Below are positions 19,377-29,610 of a stretch of DNA of 64,000 nt, in pieces. The stretch lies in NCBI GenBank assembly GCA_963737265.1, contig CAVTRY010000013.1, positions 320,001-384,000 of the forward strand. Reading direction: 5' to 3'. Position numbers and translations under genes: made by a program. The DNA is from an uncultured delta proteobacterium (GTDB lineage Bacteria; Myxococcota_A; Polyangia; Fen-1088). Numbering within the stretch: position 1 is the stretch's first letter; every line of letters begins with the position of its first letter. The notes beneath the pieces were generated by a model. The model had not been told where the DNA came from. It did not search any database and saw only the letters and a list, made by a program, of their open reading frames with translations.

Positions 19377-20924
19377 ATGTCATCAACATGGAACCGTATG
19401 AAAAGGACGCTCGGGATCGTCATCCCGGTGTCCCTCACCACCCTGGTGGCGACCGGAGGGGTCGCGCAGGCTCAGACCACGTACCCAATCGAGGGTTCGG
19501 ACACCTTGACCGTAGTGATCGAGAACGCCATCACCGCGTCGGGCGCACCCCTCACCTACAATAACCTGGGTTCGGGCCAGGGCGAAAAGGATCTCGCCCA
19601 GGCTGGTTGCCCAGCGGCAGGGGTCACGGGACAGGACTTCCGAGAGGGCATCGCGCCCATGTCGCGCAATTTTCAGCAGTCCATTCTGACCGACTGTCCG
19701 ACGTGGGCACCCACACCAAACCAGGTGCTCGGTCTCGATGCCGCGGTCTTCAGCTCGCGGACCTGGTCCGGACGTCCGAAAGACATGACCGTGCCGCTGG
19801 CCAACCTGTCGGATCCGACGACGGCCGATCCAGCCAATCAATCCGACCTGTCCGTCATTTTCTTCGGCTACAACTCCTCGGGCATCAGCCACGGGACTAC
19901 CGCCGAATGTGCGCATCCTAACCGTATTGCCGCTCTCGACAGGCTGCTGAGCAAGATGCTCGGCGTCAACGAGATCAAGCACATTTACCGCCGCGATGAC
20001 AACTCGGGCACCCAGGATACCATCCGCGAACACCTCCAGAACAACTTTTGGTGCAACGGCAAGTCGGAAGGGAACGTTCACAACCCCGAGAACACAGGGC
20101 AGAACCTGCTCAACGAGGATCTGGATCCGATTCGCCGCGACTGCGTCGGTGCCGATGCAACGCACAGGGCCAGCCGCTGCACCTATTACCCAACTGCGCA
20201 GACCTGCAATTTCGGCGATCCCGACATCACGTACAACGGGGAGACCGTGCATTGCACGCAAGGCTTGGTCGTGGCCCTCTCGGAGACCGATCCCGGAAGC
20301 GCCGACATCACGACTTCCATCGCGAATCGTATGGCCGCCGATAACACCAATGGAACCCTGGGTATGGCCGGCCGTTCGTCGGTCCAGTTGCCGAGTCAGC
20401 CCACGACGGGTCTGACCATCAACACGGTCACCTTTACCAATAACAACGTGCGTGCCAACCAGTATATGTTCTCTCGTCGTCTGTTCCTGCAACAAAACCC
20501 CCTTGGTTCGGGGGATGCCGGGCGTGACGCGGCTGAAAGCATTCTTTTCAACTATGCAACCGGTCCGGGCGCTCGTTGCAACATGGACCCGATCGTGGTG
20601 GCCGCCGGATTCCTGAGCTGCTTCGACGATTGCACCTTGCCGTGCAACGTGGCCACGAATCTCTGTTGTACGCCGCCTTCCGCAGGCGCCTCGATTCCGA
20701 AGCAGAGCATCGGTGCGGAGACGATCACAACATGGTCCGACTTGGGTGACGCCAGCCACCCCTGCGTGAACACCAACATCAAGTCCGTGCTCAATCAGGT
20801 CTGTGGCCCGATCGAAGCCACGTCCTCGGGTAACCCCTCGGGTTACGCGTGCGATCTCAGCTCGCGCTGCGCCACCGGCACCTCTTGCCAGCCGTACACG
20901 ACCGGCGGCGAGACCTGCCAATAG
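19377..20924 (+). CDS. Cys-rich PstS-like phosphate-binding protein (PBP2 fold), paralog 1
   Basis: RBS AAGGAGG; signal peptide; GSDT, GSGQG, MSR, GLDA, RRDDNSGT and Y.FSR.LF motifs typical of PstS. Confidence 0.78.
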   Translation: MSSTWNRMKRTLGIVIPVSLTTLVATGGVAQAQTTYPIEGSDTLTVVIENAITASGAPLTYNNLGSGQGEKDLAQAGCPAAGVTGQDFREGIAPMSRNFQQSILTDCPTWAPTPNQVLGLDAAVFSSRTWSGRPKDMTVPLANLSDPTTADPANQSDLSVIFFGYNSSGISHGTTAECAHPNRIAALDRLLSKMLGVNEIKHIYRRDDNSGTQDTIREHLQNNFWCNGKSEGNVHNPENTGQNLLNEDLDPIRRDCVGADATHRASRCTYYPTAQTCNFGDPDITYNGETVHCTQGLVVALSETDPGSADITTSIANRMAADNTNGTLGMAGRSSVQLPSQPTTGLTINTVTFTNNNVRANQYMFSRRLFLQQNPLGSGDAGRDAAESILFNYATGPGARCNMDPIVVAAGFLSCFDDCTLPCNVATNLCCTPPSAGASIPKQSIGAETITTWSDLGDASHPCVNTNIKSVLNQVCGPIEATSSGNPSGYACDLSSRCATGTSCQPYTTGGETCQ

Positions 20925-20969
20925 GCCACGGCTAGTCAGCACACGGGCGTGGCGAGTCGAGGACATCTG

Positions 20970-20998
20970 CTCCGCCGCCCTCAACCTGGGCGGCGGAG
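20970..20998 (+). other. Strong intergenic hairpin (11-bp GC stem); possible terminator or mRNA stabiliser
   Basis: CTCCGCCGCCC-N7-GGGCGGCGGAG; no long U tract. Confidence 0.55.
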
Positions 20999-21068
20999 TT
21001 GGGTAGCAGAAAATGCATAGTAACTAGTTCGGAAATCACTCAATCAGAAGATCACAAAGGAGAATCCA

Positions 21069-24000
21069 ATGGGTACGAATCGTTTGACACTTGTAGCCGC
21101 CTTGATCGGCGTAGCCGCAACCGGAATGATTGGATGTAACAAACACCCCAGTGACAATGCAACGGGCACTGGCGCGGCCAACATCGCGATCCACTCGAAC
21201 TTGTCGATCGTCGATGTGTCGTCCGTGAAGCTGACCGTGCAATCGCCGACCAAGCTCCCCACGCCGCTCAACGTGCCGCTCAATCTCAAGAACGGCCAGT
21301 ACACGGCCCAGGTGAACCAGTTGGTCACGGGTTCGGACTACGTCTTCAGCGCGAGCGCCATGGACTCGCACTCGACCACGATATTCCACGGCGTCGCCAA
21401 CAGCGTCGCCATCACCAGCGGCGCAACGACCCAGGTGGCGCTCTACCTGGACCAGGTCAACCCCACGGGCCCGAGCTACGCCGTGCCCGTGATCGACTCG
21501 GTCTCCTTCAGTCCGAGCCAGGTGGGCCAGGGCGGAACGGCTTCCCTGTCGGCCACTGCGCACAGCCCCACTGCCGGCTATACCTCCACGCTGGCCTTCG
21601 CCTGGGTGCCCGCGGCCAGCTGCGGAACCATCTCGCTCGCGACCGCGACGGGCGGCTCGGACACTGCGGACAGGACCGCCACCGCGACCTACACGGCGCC
21701 CTTGGCGAACGTGGACTGCCAGATCAACCTGACCGTCACCGATGCGGTCGGCGGCACCAACAGCGCCGCGTTCTCGATCCGCGTCGGACTCGGCAGCAAC
21801 GGTAGCGGTAACGCCTTGGTGACGGCCCAGGTCAATGGTGCCCCGATCATCAGCAGCGTGACGTCCACTCCGGCGCAGATCACGCTCAATCCGACCGTGA
21901 CCCCGCCGTTCCCCGTCCTGGCCGTCACTGCAACGGATCCGGAAAGCGACCCACTCACCTACATGTGGAATTCCGTGACCCCGGGCTGCACGGTACAATT
22001 CGGCTCTCCCGCGACGCAGGCCTCGGCCACGACCACTTACGTGGTCACCGCCGTCACTGCCGGGACGACCTCCTGCGCCTTCACCGTCACGGTGCAGGAC
22101 ACTTGGGGGCCCACCGCCTCGCCGCAGCACAACACCGTCGTCTCCAGCTTGACGCTTCCAGTGGGCCAAGCCACGGTTCTTCAGCCGCCGTTGTTCGGTC
22201 TGGCCTATCAGTCGGACAACACCGTCACGGGTGGCGAGAACGAGGTTTTGGCCGCGGTTGCGACCGACCCCACGGGCGGCACCCTGACCTACGCCTACTC
22301 TTGGGCGGTGGATAGCACGACGGGTACCAGCTTCACCACGGCCACCCCGGCTGCGCTCGGCCTCGACCCAATCTTCACGACGGCGGGCACCTGGACGGCC
22401 CCGTCTGCCGCGCAGAGCGCTAGCACGGCGACCTTCACGGTGACGGCGACGAGCTCGGTTTCGCACCTCTCGGCGAGCTACATCTTCGTCTTCGCCCCGG
22501 CCAGCAACCCCTGCATCGGCGTTGCCAACGGCACGACATGCTCGATCCCGAGCAACCTTTGTATCGTGAACGCCACCTGCCAGGGCGGCGCTTGCGTCGG
22601 GACCCAGAAGGCCTGCACGGCCACCCCGCCGGCTTGCCAGTCCTATAGCTGCACCGCCGCGACCGGCGCTTGCAATCTGGCCAACCAGCCCACCGGAACG
22701 GCGTGCAACGACCACAACGGCTGCACCACGGGTGACGCCTGCGCCGCTGGCGTGTGCGTGACGGCCCCGGTGTCCTGCCCGGCTCCTCTCGTGTGCCAGG
22801 CTTCGGACGCGTGCGTCTCGACCGGCGATGCGACCTACACCTGCAACGTGACGAACTCTGCGACGGGCACCGCCTGCGCCGGTTCCGATCCTTGCTTCAC
22901 GGGTGACACCTGCTCGGCCGGCGCTTGCGTGAATGGCACTGCGCTCTGCACCTCTCCCCAGGTTTGCCAGGTCACTGCGGGTGTTGCCAGCTGCACAACG
23001 CCGGCTTGCATGAACCCGAACTACGACGAGGAAATCGTTCCGCCACTCCTCAGCATGGCCAACGGCGCGGACGGCACGGTGTGGGCGGCGGGTGACATCT
23101 ACAACCCGTTCACCTTCGGCCCTGGTGTCAATCTAACCTCCACGGGTAGCTCGGACATCTATCTCGTCAAGCTGAACCCCGCGACGGGCGTCGCCAGCTT
23201 CGGCGCATCGTTCGGTCAGATCGCTACCCCCAACTCGACCGACCAGATCGCCATTGGCGTGGCGACGGCGAAGAGCGGCGGCGTGGGCCTCATCGGCTCC
23301 TTCATTTCGGAGATCGACTTCGATGGCAATGACTCGGTCGGGACCAACGGAAACGTCGGAAGTGCCGGTCTTGACTTCCTCACGACGGCGGCGGCCTCGG
23401 CCTACTTCGTGGCCACCTTCGACTCGAGCGGCAATCCGGTGCATTCGCTGGCTGTCGGCTTGGGCACGGGCACGCTGCTCGCTGTCGCCTCGAACCCCAA
23501 CCAGGACGCCTTCGCGGTCTGCGGTGTCTCCTCCGTGAAGGCCACGGGTGGCATCCTCACGGGTAATGCCAACGTGGCTGGCGGCGGCCTCGACATCGTG
23601 GTGGCGAAGATCAACGCGACCACGGGCCTTGTGACCTGGGGCAAGCAGTTCGGCGGCGCCGGCGACCAGCTCTGCCAGGCGATATCGATGGACAACTCGG
23701 GCAACGTCATCATCGCGGGCGGATACAACGGCACGCTGCAATTCGGCACGCTGGCCGCCTTCCCGGTGGTATCGCAGTCGACCTACTCGCTGCTCTACAC
23801 GGCGGTGTTGGCTAGCGCTGACGGTACGCCGACCGCGGCCTCGACCTGGGGCGCAACTGGCAAGGTCAGTCCGTTCTCCGTCGCCGTCGATGCGAGCAAC
23901 AACATCATCGTGGCCGGCAGCCTCGGCGCCAGCGTGAGCTTCGGTGGAACCATCGGAACGGTCGTGGATCTCGGCCTCACGGACGCGTTCGTCGCCAAGT

Positions 24001-24437
24001 TGAGCGTGACCGCGCCGACGCTCAACCCGATCTGGGCTAAGTCGTTCGGCGATGCCGCTCACGATCAGCAAGCCAAGAGCGTAGCGACTTCGTCGAATGG
24101 CGACGTCTACGTGGGCGGCTTGTTCTCGGGCACGTTGGGCGCGATGAACCTGACATCCTTCACCAACACCAACTCGGACGGCTTCGTCGCCCATCTGAGT
24201 GGAGTGGACGGTTCAGTGCTGTGCGCCCATGTGTACGGCGATGCGGCCGGCGTGCAGGAGACCGACTACGTCACGGTGGCGAGGACGGCTACTGGCAGCC
24301 TACTCGACAACGTGGTCATTGGCGGTGCCTTCACCAGCACCATCACGTTCTCACCACTTACGCCCCTCTTCACGGGCACCAACCCCGCGGGCAACCCGAG
24401 CCTCGCCGCCAGCTACATCACTGGCATGCACAACTAG
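21069..24437 (+). CDS. Large surface lipoprotein: Ig-like stalk + Cys-rich repeats + SBBP-like beta-propeller
   Basis: RBS AAGGAG; lipobox MIGC; PKD-like domains; CNDHNGCTTGDAC repeats; C-terminal propeller near-identical to that of 8580-10736. Confidence 0.8.
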   Translation: MGTNRLTLVAALIGVAATGMIGCNKHPSDNATGTGAANIAIHSNLSIVDVSSVKLTVQSPTKLPTPLNVPLNLKNGQYTAQVNQLVTGSDYVFSASAMDSHSTTIFHGVANSVAITSGATTQVALYLDQVNPTGPSYAVPVIDSVSFSPSQVGQGGTASLSATAHSPTAGYTSTLAFAWVPAASCGTISLATATGGSDTADRTATATYTAPLANVDCQINLTVTDAVGGTNSAAFSIRVGLGSNGSGNALVTAQVNGAPIISSVTSTPAQITLNPTVTPPFPVLAVTATDPESDPLTYMWNSVTPGCTVQFGSPATQASATTTYVVTAVTAGTTSCAFTVTVQDTWGPTASPQHNTVVSSLTLPVGQATVLQPPLFGLAYQSDNTVTGGENEVLAAVATDPTGGTLTYAYSWAVDSTTGTSFTTATPAALGLDPIFTTAGTWTAPSAAQSASTATFTVTATSSVSHLSASYIFVFAPASNPCIGVANGTTCSIPSNLCIVNATCQGGACVGTQKACTATPPACQSYSCTAATGACNLANQPTGTACNDHNGCTTGDACAAGVCVTAPVSCPAPLVCQASDACVSTGDATYTCNVTNSATGTACAGSDPCFTGDTCSAGACVNGTALCTSPQVCQVTAGVASCTTPACMNPNYDEEIVPPLLSMANGADGTVWAAGDIYNPFTFGPGVNLTSTGSSDIYLVKLNPATGVASFGASFGQIATPNSTDQIAIGVATAKSGGVGLIGSFISEIDFDGNDSVGTNGNVGSAGLDFLTTAAASAYFVATFDSSGNPVHSLAVGLGTGTLLAVASNPNQDAFAVCGVSSVKATGGILTGNANVAGGGLDIVVAKINATTGLVTWGKQFGGAGDQLCQAISMDNSGNVIIAGGYNGTLQFGTLAAFPVVSQSTYSLLYTAVLASADGTPTAASTWGATGKVSPFSVAVDASNNIIVAGSLGASVSFGGTIGTVVDLGLTDAFVAKLSVTAPTLNPIWAKSFGDAAHDQQAKSVATSSNGDVYVGGLFSGTLGAMNLTSFTNTNSDGFVAHLSGVDGSVLCAHVYGDAAGVQETDYVTVARTATGSLLDNVVIGGAFTSTITFSPLTPLFTGTNPAGNPSLAASYITGMHN

Positions 24438-24488
24438 CAACGAAACGAGCTTAGCTCGCCTCGCTCGCGAGGCGGGCTAGTCCGAAAG

Positions 24489-24519
24489 AAGGGTGCCTAG
24501 CAATAGGCGCCCTTTTTTT
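24489..24519 (+). terminator. Rho-independent terminator
   Basis: AAGGGTGCCTA-GCAA-TAGGCGCCCTT followed by a T run; a second hairpin at 24452-24479. Confidence 0.85.
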
Positions 24520-24540
24520 GTCCACGCGTGTAATCCGATT

Positions 24541-24568
24541 CGTAACCAAGCCGTAGCGCATTTTTCAC
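24541..24568 (+). promoter_or_regulatory. Pho-box-like repeat CGTAAC-N5-CGTAGC-N5-TTTCAC
   Basis: 11-bp register at 24541/24552/24563, just after the terminator and upstream of 24675. Confidence 0.55.
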
Positions 24569-24674
24569 GCGAGTTTGGCGTAGGTCGCTGTATGTATTGC
24601 CGCTGACGGGCGTGGCAATGGCGGACGCCTGCCAATTCGACCGACATAGACTAACGAGAATCTGGAGGGTTGAC

Positions 24675-26186
24675 ATGGGTGAAAATCGAACGACGCTCGC
24701 AAGCTCAGTGCTTTGCATCGCCGCGGCGGGAACCGCGTGGCTATCCGGATGCAATCGGTTTGCAGATCGGGACGACGGGGGCACGGCCACTGTCGTGGTG
24801 CGTTCGGATCTGTCGATCGCCGACGTGGCTTCGGTGAAGCTGACCGTACAATCGCCGTCGGCGTTGCCCACGCCGGTCGGCGTGCCGCTCGCGCTCAAGG
24901 GCGGCCAATATTCGGCGCAGGTCAGCAACCTGCCCATCGCTTCGGACTATGTTTTCGTCGCGGACGCCAAGAAGTCGGATGGGACGTCGATCTTTCACGG
25001 CGCCGACGCCAACGTCGCCATCAGCAAAGGCGACACAGCCCAGGTCACCATCTACTTGAGCCAGGTCAACCCGCTCGGCTTCGCGGACTCGGCGCCAATC
25101 ATCGACGCCGTGTTCTTCGATGCCAACCAAGTAGCCCAGGGCGGAACGGTCCACTTGTCAGCCATTGCGCATGATGCCGATGCAGGTCAAACGGCGACGC
25201 TGACTTTCGTTTGGACATCGACGTGTGGAGCGACCATCGTGGCCGCCGCGCCGTCGGGTGGATCGGACAGTAGCCCGCGTTCGGATACGGCCACGTTCAC
25301 GGACCCGAATGCAGACGTCGACTGTCAAGTCAATCTGACGGTCACGGACGTCCTCGGTGAGCCCAACCAGGCCACGTTTACGATTCGCGTGGGCCTCGGC
25401 GGCAGCGGCAGCGGCGGCGCCAACGTCGTGGCCATCGTCGACGGTGCGCCGGCGATCGTCGGCTTGACCGCGAATCCGTCGCAAATCACTGTCGGTGCGA
25501 CAGGCGGCGGCACCCTGACCGTGGCAGCCACTGATCCCGAGGGCGACCCGTTGAATTACCAGTGGGCGTCGACGACAGCGGGCTGCTCGGTTTTTCTGGC
25601 AACGCCGACCGCACCCTCAACCAGCTTTCTGGTCAGCGCGGTTTCGGCTTCGTTCTGCACCTTCACCATCACCGTCAACGATGGCACCTGGCCGGGCACC
25701 GCCATCGTCAAGAACACGGTTGTGTCCAGCCTGACGTTGCCAGTTGGGAGCCCGGCGATTGCGTCGCCGCCGCTTTACGGCCTAGCCTATCAGTCGGACA
25801 ATACCGCGACCGGTGGCGAGGCGATCGTGCTGGCCGCGGTAGCCAGCGATCCGGCGGGCGGAACGCTGACCTACAATTGGAAGGTCAAGTCCGGCTCCAC
25901 CGGCAGCGTCGCGGGCTCGACTCCAGTTGCGCTCGGACTCGACCCCATCTTCACCACCGCCGGTACTTGGACCGCCCCCGCGGGCGTCGAGGATGGCACC
26001 GCGGCGGTGGTCATTGCGGTAACCGCCACGAGCTCCAAGTCTGGGTTCACGGCCGAGTACGATTTTACGCTCATTCCGGCCAACGACCAATGTTTTGCGG
26101 CGGCCGACGGGAGCGCGTGCGCCGTTTCCGGCAACACGGGAAGTGCAAGCGCTGTCGACAGCAACGTCGCGCGACTGAGTCCGTAG
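24675..26186 (+). CDS. Ig-like stalk lipoprotein, paralog of the N-terminal half of 21069-24437
   Basis: RBS GGAGGG; lipobox LSGC; shared VKLTVQSP..LPTP, GLAYQSDNT and LGLDPIFTTAGTWTAP; stops where the paralog's Cys-rich part begins. Confidence 0.8.
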   Translation: MGENRTTLASSVLCIAAAGTAWLSGCNRFADRDDGGTATVVVRSDLSIADVASVKLTVQSPSALPTPVGVPLALKGGQYSAQVSNLPIASDYVFVADAKKSDGTSIFHGADANVAISKGDTAQVTIYLSQVNPLGFADSAPIIDAVFFDANQVAQGGTVHLSAIAHDADAGQTATLTFVWTSTCGATIVAAAPSGGSDSSPRSDTATFTDPNADVDCQVNLTVTDVLGEPNQATFTIRVGLGGSGSGGANVVAIVDGAPAIVGLTANPSQITVGATGGGTLTVAATDPEGDPLNYQWASTTAGCSVFLATPTAPSTSFLVSAVSASFCTFTITVNDGTWPGTAIVKNTVVSSLTLPVGSPAIASPPLYGLAYQSDNTATGGEAIVLAAVASDPAGGTLTYNWKVKSGSTGSVAGSTPVALGLDPIFTTAGTWTAPAGVEDGTAAVVIAVTATSSKSGFTAEYDFTLIPANDQCFAAADGSACAVSGNTGSASAVDSNVARLSP

Positions 26187-26209
26187 ATAACGCCCGCCGG
26201 GCGCGGGAT

Positions 26210-26238
26210 CGCAACGTTCCGGTGACAGAAGCGCGACA
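26210..26238 (+). promoter_or_regulatory. Pho-box-like repeat GCAAC/GTGAC/GCGAC at 11-bp spacing
   Basis: Positions 26211, 26222, 26233, upstream of PstS-like paralog 2. Confidence 0.5.
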
Positions 26239-26324
26239 ACAGCGCGTACGCCTGCATTTCTGTTGACCCGCAAAACTGGCCGCTGCTATAGCCAGGCCAT
26301 TAGACGACGGCTGACGAGGACTAG

Positions 26325-27632
26325 ATGAAATCAGCGAAAACCCGTGCATTGTTTACTGTTCTGTCGATTGCCGGAGCCTTCCACGGTAGCCACGCCCTCG
26401 CCCAGGGTGGAATACCTGACTGTTCCACGCTTCCCAATCCCATCTACATGACCGGCACCACCGCGGTCGAGCCGATGGTGCAGGAGCTCGGCGCGAGGCT
26501 GAGGCAACTTAATGTGACTCTTCTGTGGAACGAAACCGGGGATGGCTGTGGTGCGACAAGCGACTTGGCCTTCCCCTCCCCGTCTGTGGCACCTGTTCTG
26601 AGCACGTTCAGCTACTACGAGGAAGTACCCGCGGCCCAGGTCGATGGGGCACCCCCGAAAATCACGCCCCTATCTTGCAACGCGACTCGACCATCCGACT
26701 CCCGCTCGGATCTGGTCATCAACGACCTTTTTTGGCAGGACTGCGCGGCGGCATCCGCGGCTTCGAGCCTGGCGTCCTTGCCGTCCGACTACATGGAATT
26801 TCAGGGCCCGGTGCAGGGTCTCGTGCCCATCGTCCAGGATTCGTATTACTACGTCAGCGACATCATGGCCGAAGAGCTGCTGGACATTTTTGGCTGCGGG
26901 GCCAGTGGCAAAATCCTAACATTCACCGACAATTCCGCCATTTTGGACTACTGCTACAACAGCGGGATGAAGGCGCTGTGGGACATTAGCCTGGGCCAGC
27001 CAGTCAGCGTGTTTCATGCCCCAACAAATAACGTCTTATGTCCGAGCGCTCTCACGATGATAATTCAAGTGAATAGCCATGTCGCGCTCACGGCCATCAG
27101 CTATACCTCAACCGAGGCCTGGGACCAGGACCGCGGCGCCGTTCGGGCTCTGAAGGTGCGGGGCCTGAACCAGAACCTGGCCTATTTCCCCGACAGTAGC
27201 AGCGTCGCCCGGGACAAGATCAACATCCGAGAAGGCCGCTATACGATTCAAGGTTCGCTAAAACTGGTTGCGCACGTCGCTGCGATGGACGGGGGTGGAC
27301 AGCCACAGCCGGACAATCCCGCCGCCAAGCGAATGATCGATTGGTTGCAAGGAAATCCGGTCCAGGACCCGACTTTGCAGCTTCCGTTCGACATTATCGA
27401 TGTCTATGCGCAAAGCGGGGTGGTTCCCCAGTGCGCGATGAAGGTCATCAAGGACACAGACGCTCCGCTTTTCCGGCCCTATCAGCCAGAAAACCCGTGC
27501 GGCTGCTATTTCCAAATCCAAGCCACGGGAGCCAGCATTCTTGGCTGTGAGCCCTGCCAAGATTCGTCCACCTGCCCGACCGGCACGGCATGCTATTTCC
27601 ATGGCATTCCCGCCCAGGGCTACTGCGAGTAA
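26325..27632 (+). CDS. Cys-rich PstS-like (PBP2) protein, divergent paralog 2
   Basis: Colinear with 35568 (LPNP.Y..G..A.EP, GPVQ, DK.N.REGRY.IQG.L, VPQCAMKV, GYCE*); the RxxxSGT motif is degenerate (YCYNSGM). Confidence 0.65.
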   Translation: MKSAKTRALFTVLSIAGAFHGSHALAQGGIPDCSTLPNPIYMTGTTAVEPMVQELGARLRQLNVTLLWNETGDGCGATSDLAFPSPSVAPVLSTFSYYEEVPAAQVDGAPPKITPLSCNATRPSDSRSDLVINDLFWQDCAAASAASSLASLPSDYMEFQGPVQGLVPIVQDSYYYVSDIMAEELLDIFGCGASGKILTFTDNSAILDYCYNSGMKALWDISLGQPVSVFHAPTNNVLCPSALTMIIQVNSHVALTAISYTSTEAWDQDRGAVRALKVRGLNQNLAYFPDSSSVARDKINIREGRYTIQGSLKLVAHVAAMDGGGQPQPDNPAAKRMIDWLQGNPVQDPTLQLPFDIIDVYAQSGVVPQCAMKVIKDTDAPLFRPYQPENPCGCYFQIQATGASILGCEPCQDSSTCPTGTACYFHGIPAQGYCE

Positions 27633-27641
27633 TCGCGCACG

Positions 27642-27938
27642 ATGCCAGCAACAAGGAGAACGAAAGTGCGGAGACGACTAACAAGTGGATTCTGTGCTTG
27701 CATCATGGGTGCGCTGGTCATGGCGGGGTGCAGCAGCGGCAAGAGTGGCGCGGCTGATTCCGGCCCCCCGGATTTGAGTGCCGATACGGCGCTGCAAACC
27801 CCTGGACTCGATGCCGGCTGCGACGATTCGGCGGCTGGCATCAGCTACTGCATCATCAATCCACCGGGACCTGTCTTGGGGGGCGGAACCGTGATCATCC
27901 GGGTCACGCCGACGCCGTTCCAACAGTGCAAGTATTAA
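27642..27938 (+). CDS. Small Cys-containing lipoprotein
   Basis: Lipobox MAGC; same position as 36807-37286 in module 2; true start may be GTG ~27666 (RBS AAGGAG). Confidence 0.6.
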   Translation: MPATRRTKVRRRLTSGFCACIMGALVMAGCSSGKSGAADSGPPDLSADTALQTPGLDAGCDDSAAGISYCIINPPGPVLGGGTVIIRVTPTPFQQCKY

Positions 27939-27963
27939 CAGACAAAGTCAGGGGCAGTTACTC

Positions 27964-29610
27964 GTGAAAACAGCGTCGTGCCGGTACCTCCGGATGTCCA
28001 ATTCCGCTCACCGCATGAGCAAACGCAGGAGGGTGGGGTGGAAAACGGTGTGGGTGACTGCTTGCGCGGCCGGCCTTCTGGGCGGCGTGTCCGGCGAGCG
28101 GCGATCCATGGCGGAGCCGACCGAGGCGAGCGCTGGCGGCGCCAAGGCCGCCCGCAAGCACGTCAAGGAACCAGCCCCCGATCCGATGGCCGAGGTCGAG
28201 AAGCTCCGAGCGGATTTCGAAAAGCGATTCGAGGAGCAGGAGGCTTCGGCCAAGAGCCGTGAAGAGGCACTGAAGCAAGAGGAGGCCGCCGCCGTTGCAG
28301 CGGCTCGCGCTGCGGCTGAAAAGAGTTTGGCTGCGGACAGGGTGGAGCGTCAGGCGGAAACCCTTCGGCTGCAAAAGGCATTGGCAGCAGCCGCGGCAAG
28401 AGAAGACCAGAGGGAAAAGGACGCCGCGCCAGCGGTAGGCGGAGCGCGCGGCCTTTCACTCTATGGTTACGTTCAGGCCGATTACCAATTGCGGCAGTCG
28501 TCCGAGGACCAGCTTAACCCCACCAGCGGAACCCCTCTTAACCAGGACCGCTTCCTCGTCCGGCGCGCGCGACTGGGGGTGCTGTTCGAGCGGCGGTATG
28601 GCGAAGGCCGCCTTGAAGTCGACGGAAACACCGTTAACGGACCGACGCTGGGTTTGGTGGGCGCCGAGGCATCGGTCAAATTGCCCGGCCGGGCCGAGGG
28701 AGATATTCCCTTGGTAAAGGCGACGCTTGGCTCGTTCAGAATTCCCTTCGGCGTCGAGACGCCCCAGGACGACCGGGATCGCTTCTTTCTGGAACGGACC
28801 ACGGCTTCGCGCGCCTTTTTCCCAGGGCAATACGACTTGGGCGCCCGACTGGCCGGCGGCTGGCAGTTCGTCCGCTACGCGATTGCGGTCCAGAATGGTC
28901 AACCTTTGGGCGGCAATCAGTTCCCCGGACTCGATCCCAATCACCAGAAGGACATCCTGGGTCGCGTCGGCGTGGAGGGCACGATTCGCCGCAAGGTCGA
29001 TGTTGTCGCCGGGGTGTCGGCGTTACGCGGAACCGGCTTCCACAGTGGAAGCCTGGCCAGCAAATCGACGGTTCAATGGATCAACACCAGCGAAACCGGC
29101 TCTCTCTCCACCACTGAGCTGGTGGGGAGCCCGGCGCTGGCCGCTGGTCCTTCCTCCTCGTTCACTCGGTTCGGATTTGGGGCCGATATGCTGTTGACCG
29201 GGCGCCTTCTGCGCGTGGGAACGACGAGCCTCGGCGCCGAATTCTACCTGGCCAGCAACCTGGACCGTGGTGTCTTTCCCGCGGATCCTCAGAACAGTGC
29301 AATTGATAGGAATCTGAGGGAGATAGGCTATTACTTCTCGCTGACGCAAGAGATTGGGCGCTTCATGATTGGGACGCGATTTGACTACTACAACCCCGAC
29401 CAGGATTCGAATATGAACAGCAAGGGCAGTCCCGTGCCCACAGATGTTAGCTACGCGACGCTGGCCGCGGCGGGCGCCTGCATGGCATCCTGGGGACGCT
29501 TCATTGTCGAATACGACCACAATTGGAACCACCTTGGGATCGGTTTCAATGGGATGCCCAGCAATCTCAAGGACGACGCCTTGATTGCGCGCGGCGAGGT
29601 GCGATTCTGA
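27964..29610 (+). CDS. Outer-membrane porin, OprO/OprP (phosphate-selective)-like, with N-terminal coiled coil
   Basis: F.VRRARLG, G.F.IPFG.E, ER......FFPG.YDLG motifs; C-terminal ARGEVRF barrel signature; start uncertain. Confidence 0.7.
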   Translation: MKTASCRYLRMSNSAHRMSKRRRVGWKTVWVTACAAGLLGGVSGERRSMAEPTEASAGGAKAARKHVKEPAPDPMAEVEKLRADFEKRFEEQEASAKSREEALKQEEAAAVAAARAAAEKSLAADRVERQAETLRLQKALAAAAAREDQREKDAAPAVGGARGLSLYGYVQADYQLRQSSEDQLNPTSGTPLNQDRFLVRRARLGVLFERRYGEGRLEVDGNTVNGPTLGLVGAEASVKLPGRAEGDIPLVKATLGSFRIPFGVETPQDDRDRFFLERTTASRAFFPGQYDLGARLAGGWQFVRYAIAVQNGQPLGGNQFPGLDPNHQKDILGRVGVEGTIRRKVDVVAGVSALRGTGFHSGSLASKSTVQWINTSETGSLSTTELVGSPALAAGPSSSFTRFGFGADMLLTGRLLRVGTTSLGAEFYLASNLDRGVFPADPQNSAIDRNLREIGYYFSLTQEIGRFMIGTRFDYYNPDQDSNMNSKGSPVPTDVSYATLAAAGACMASWGRFIVEYDHNWNHLGIGFNGMPSNLKDDALIARGEVRF

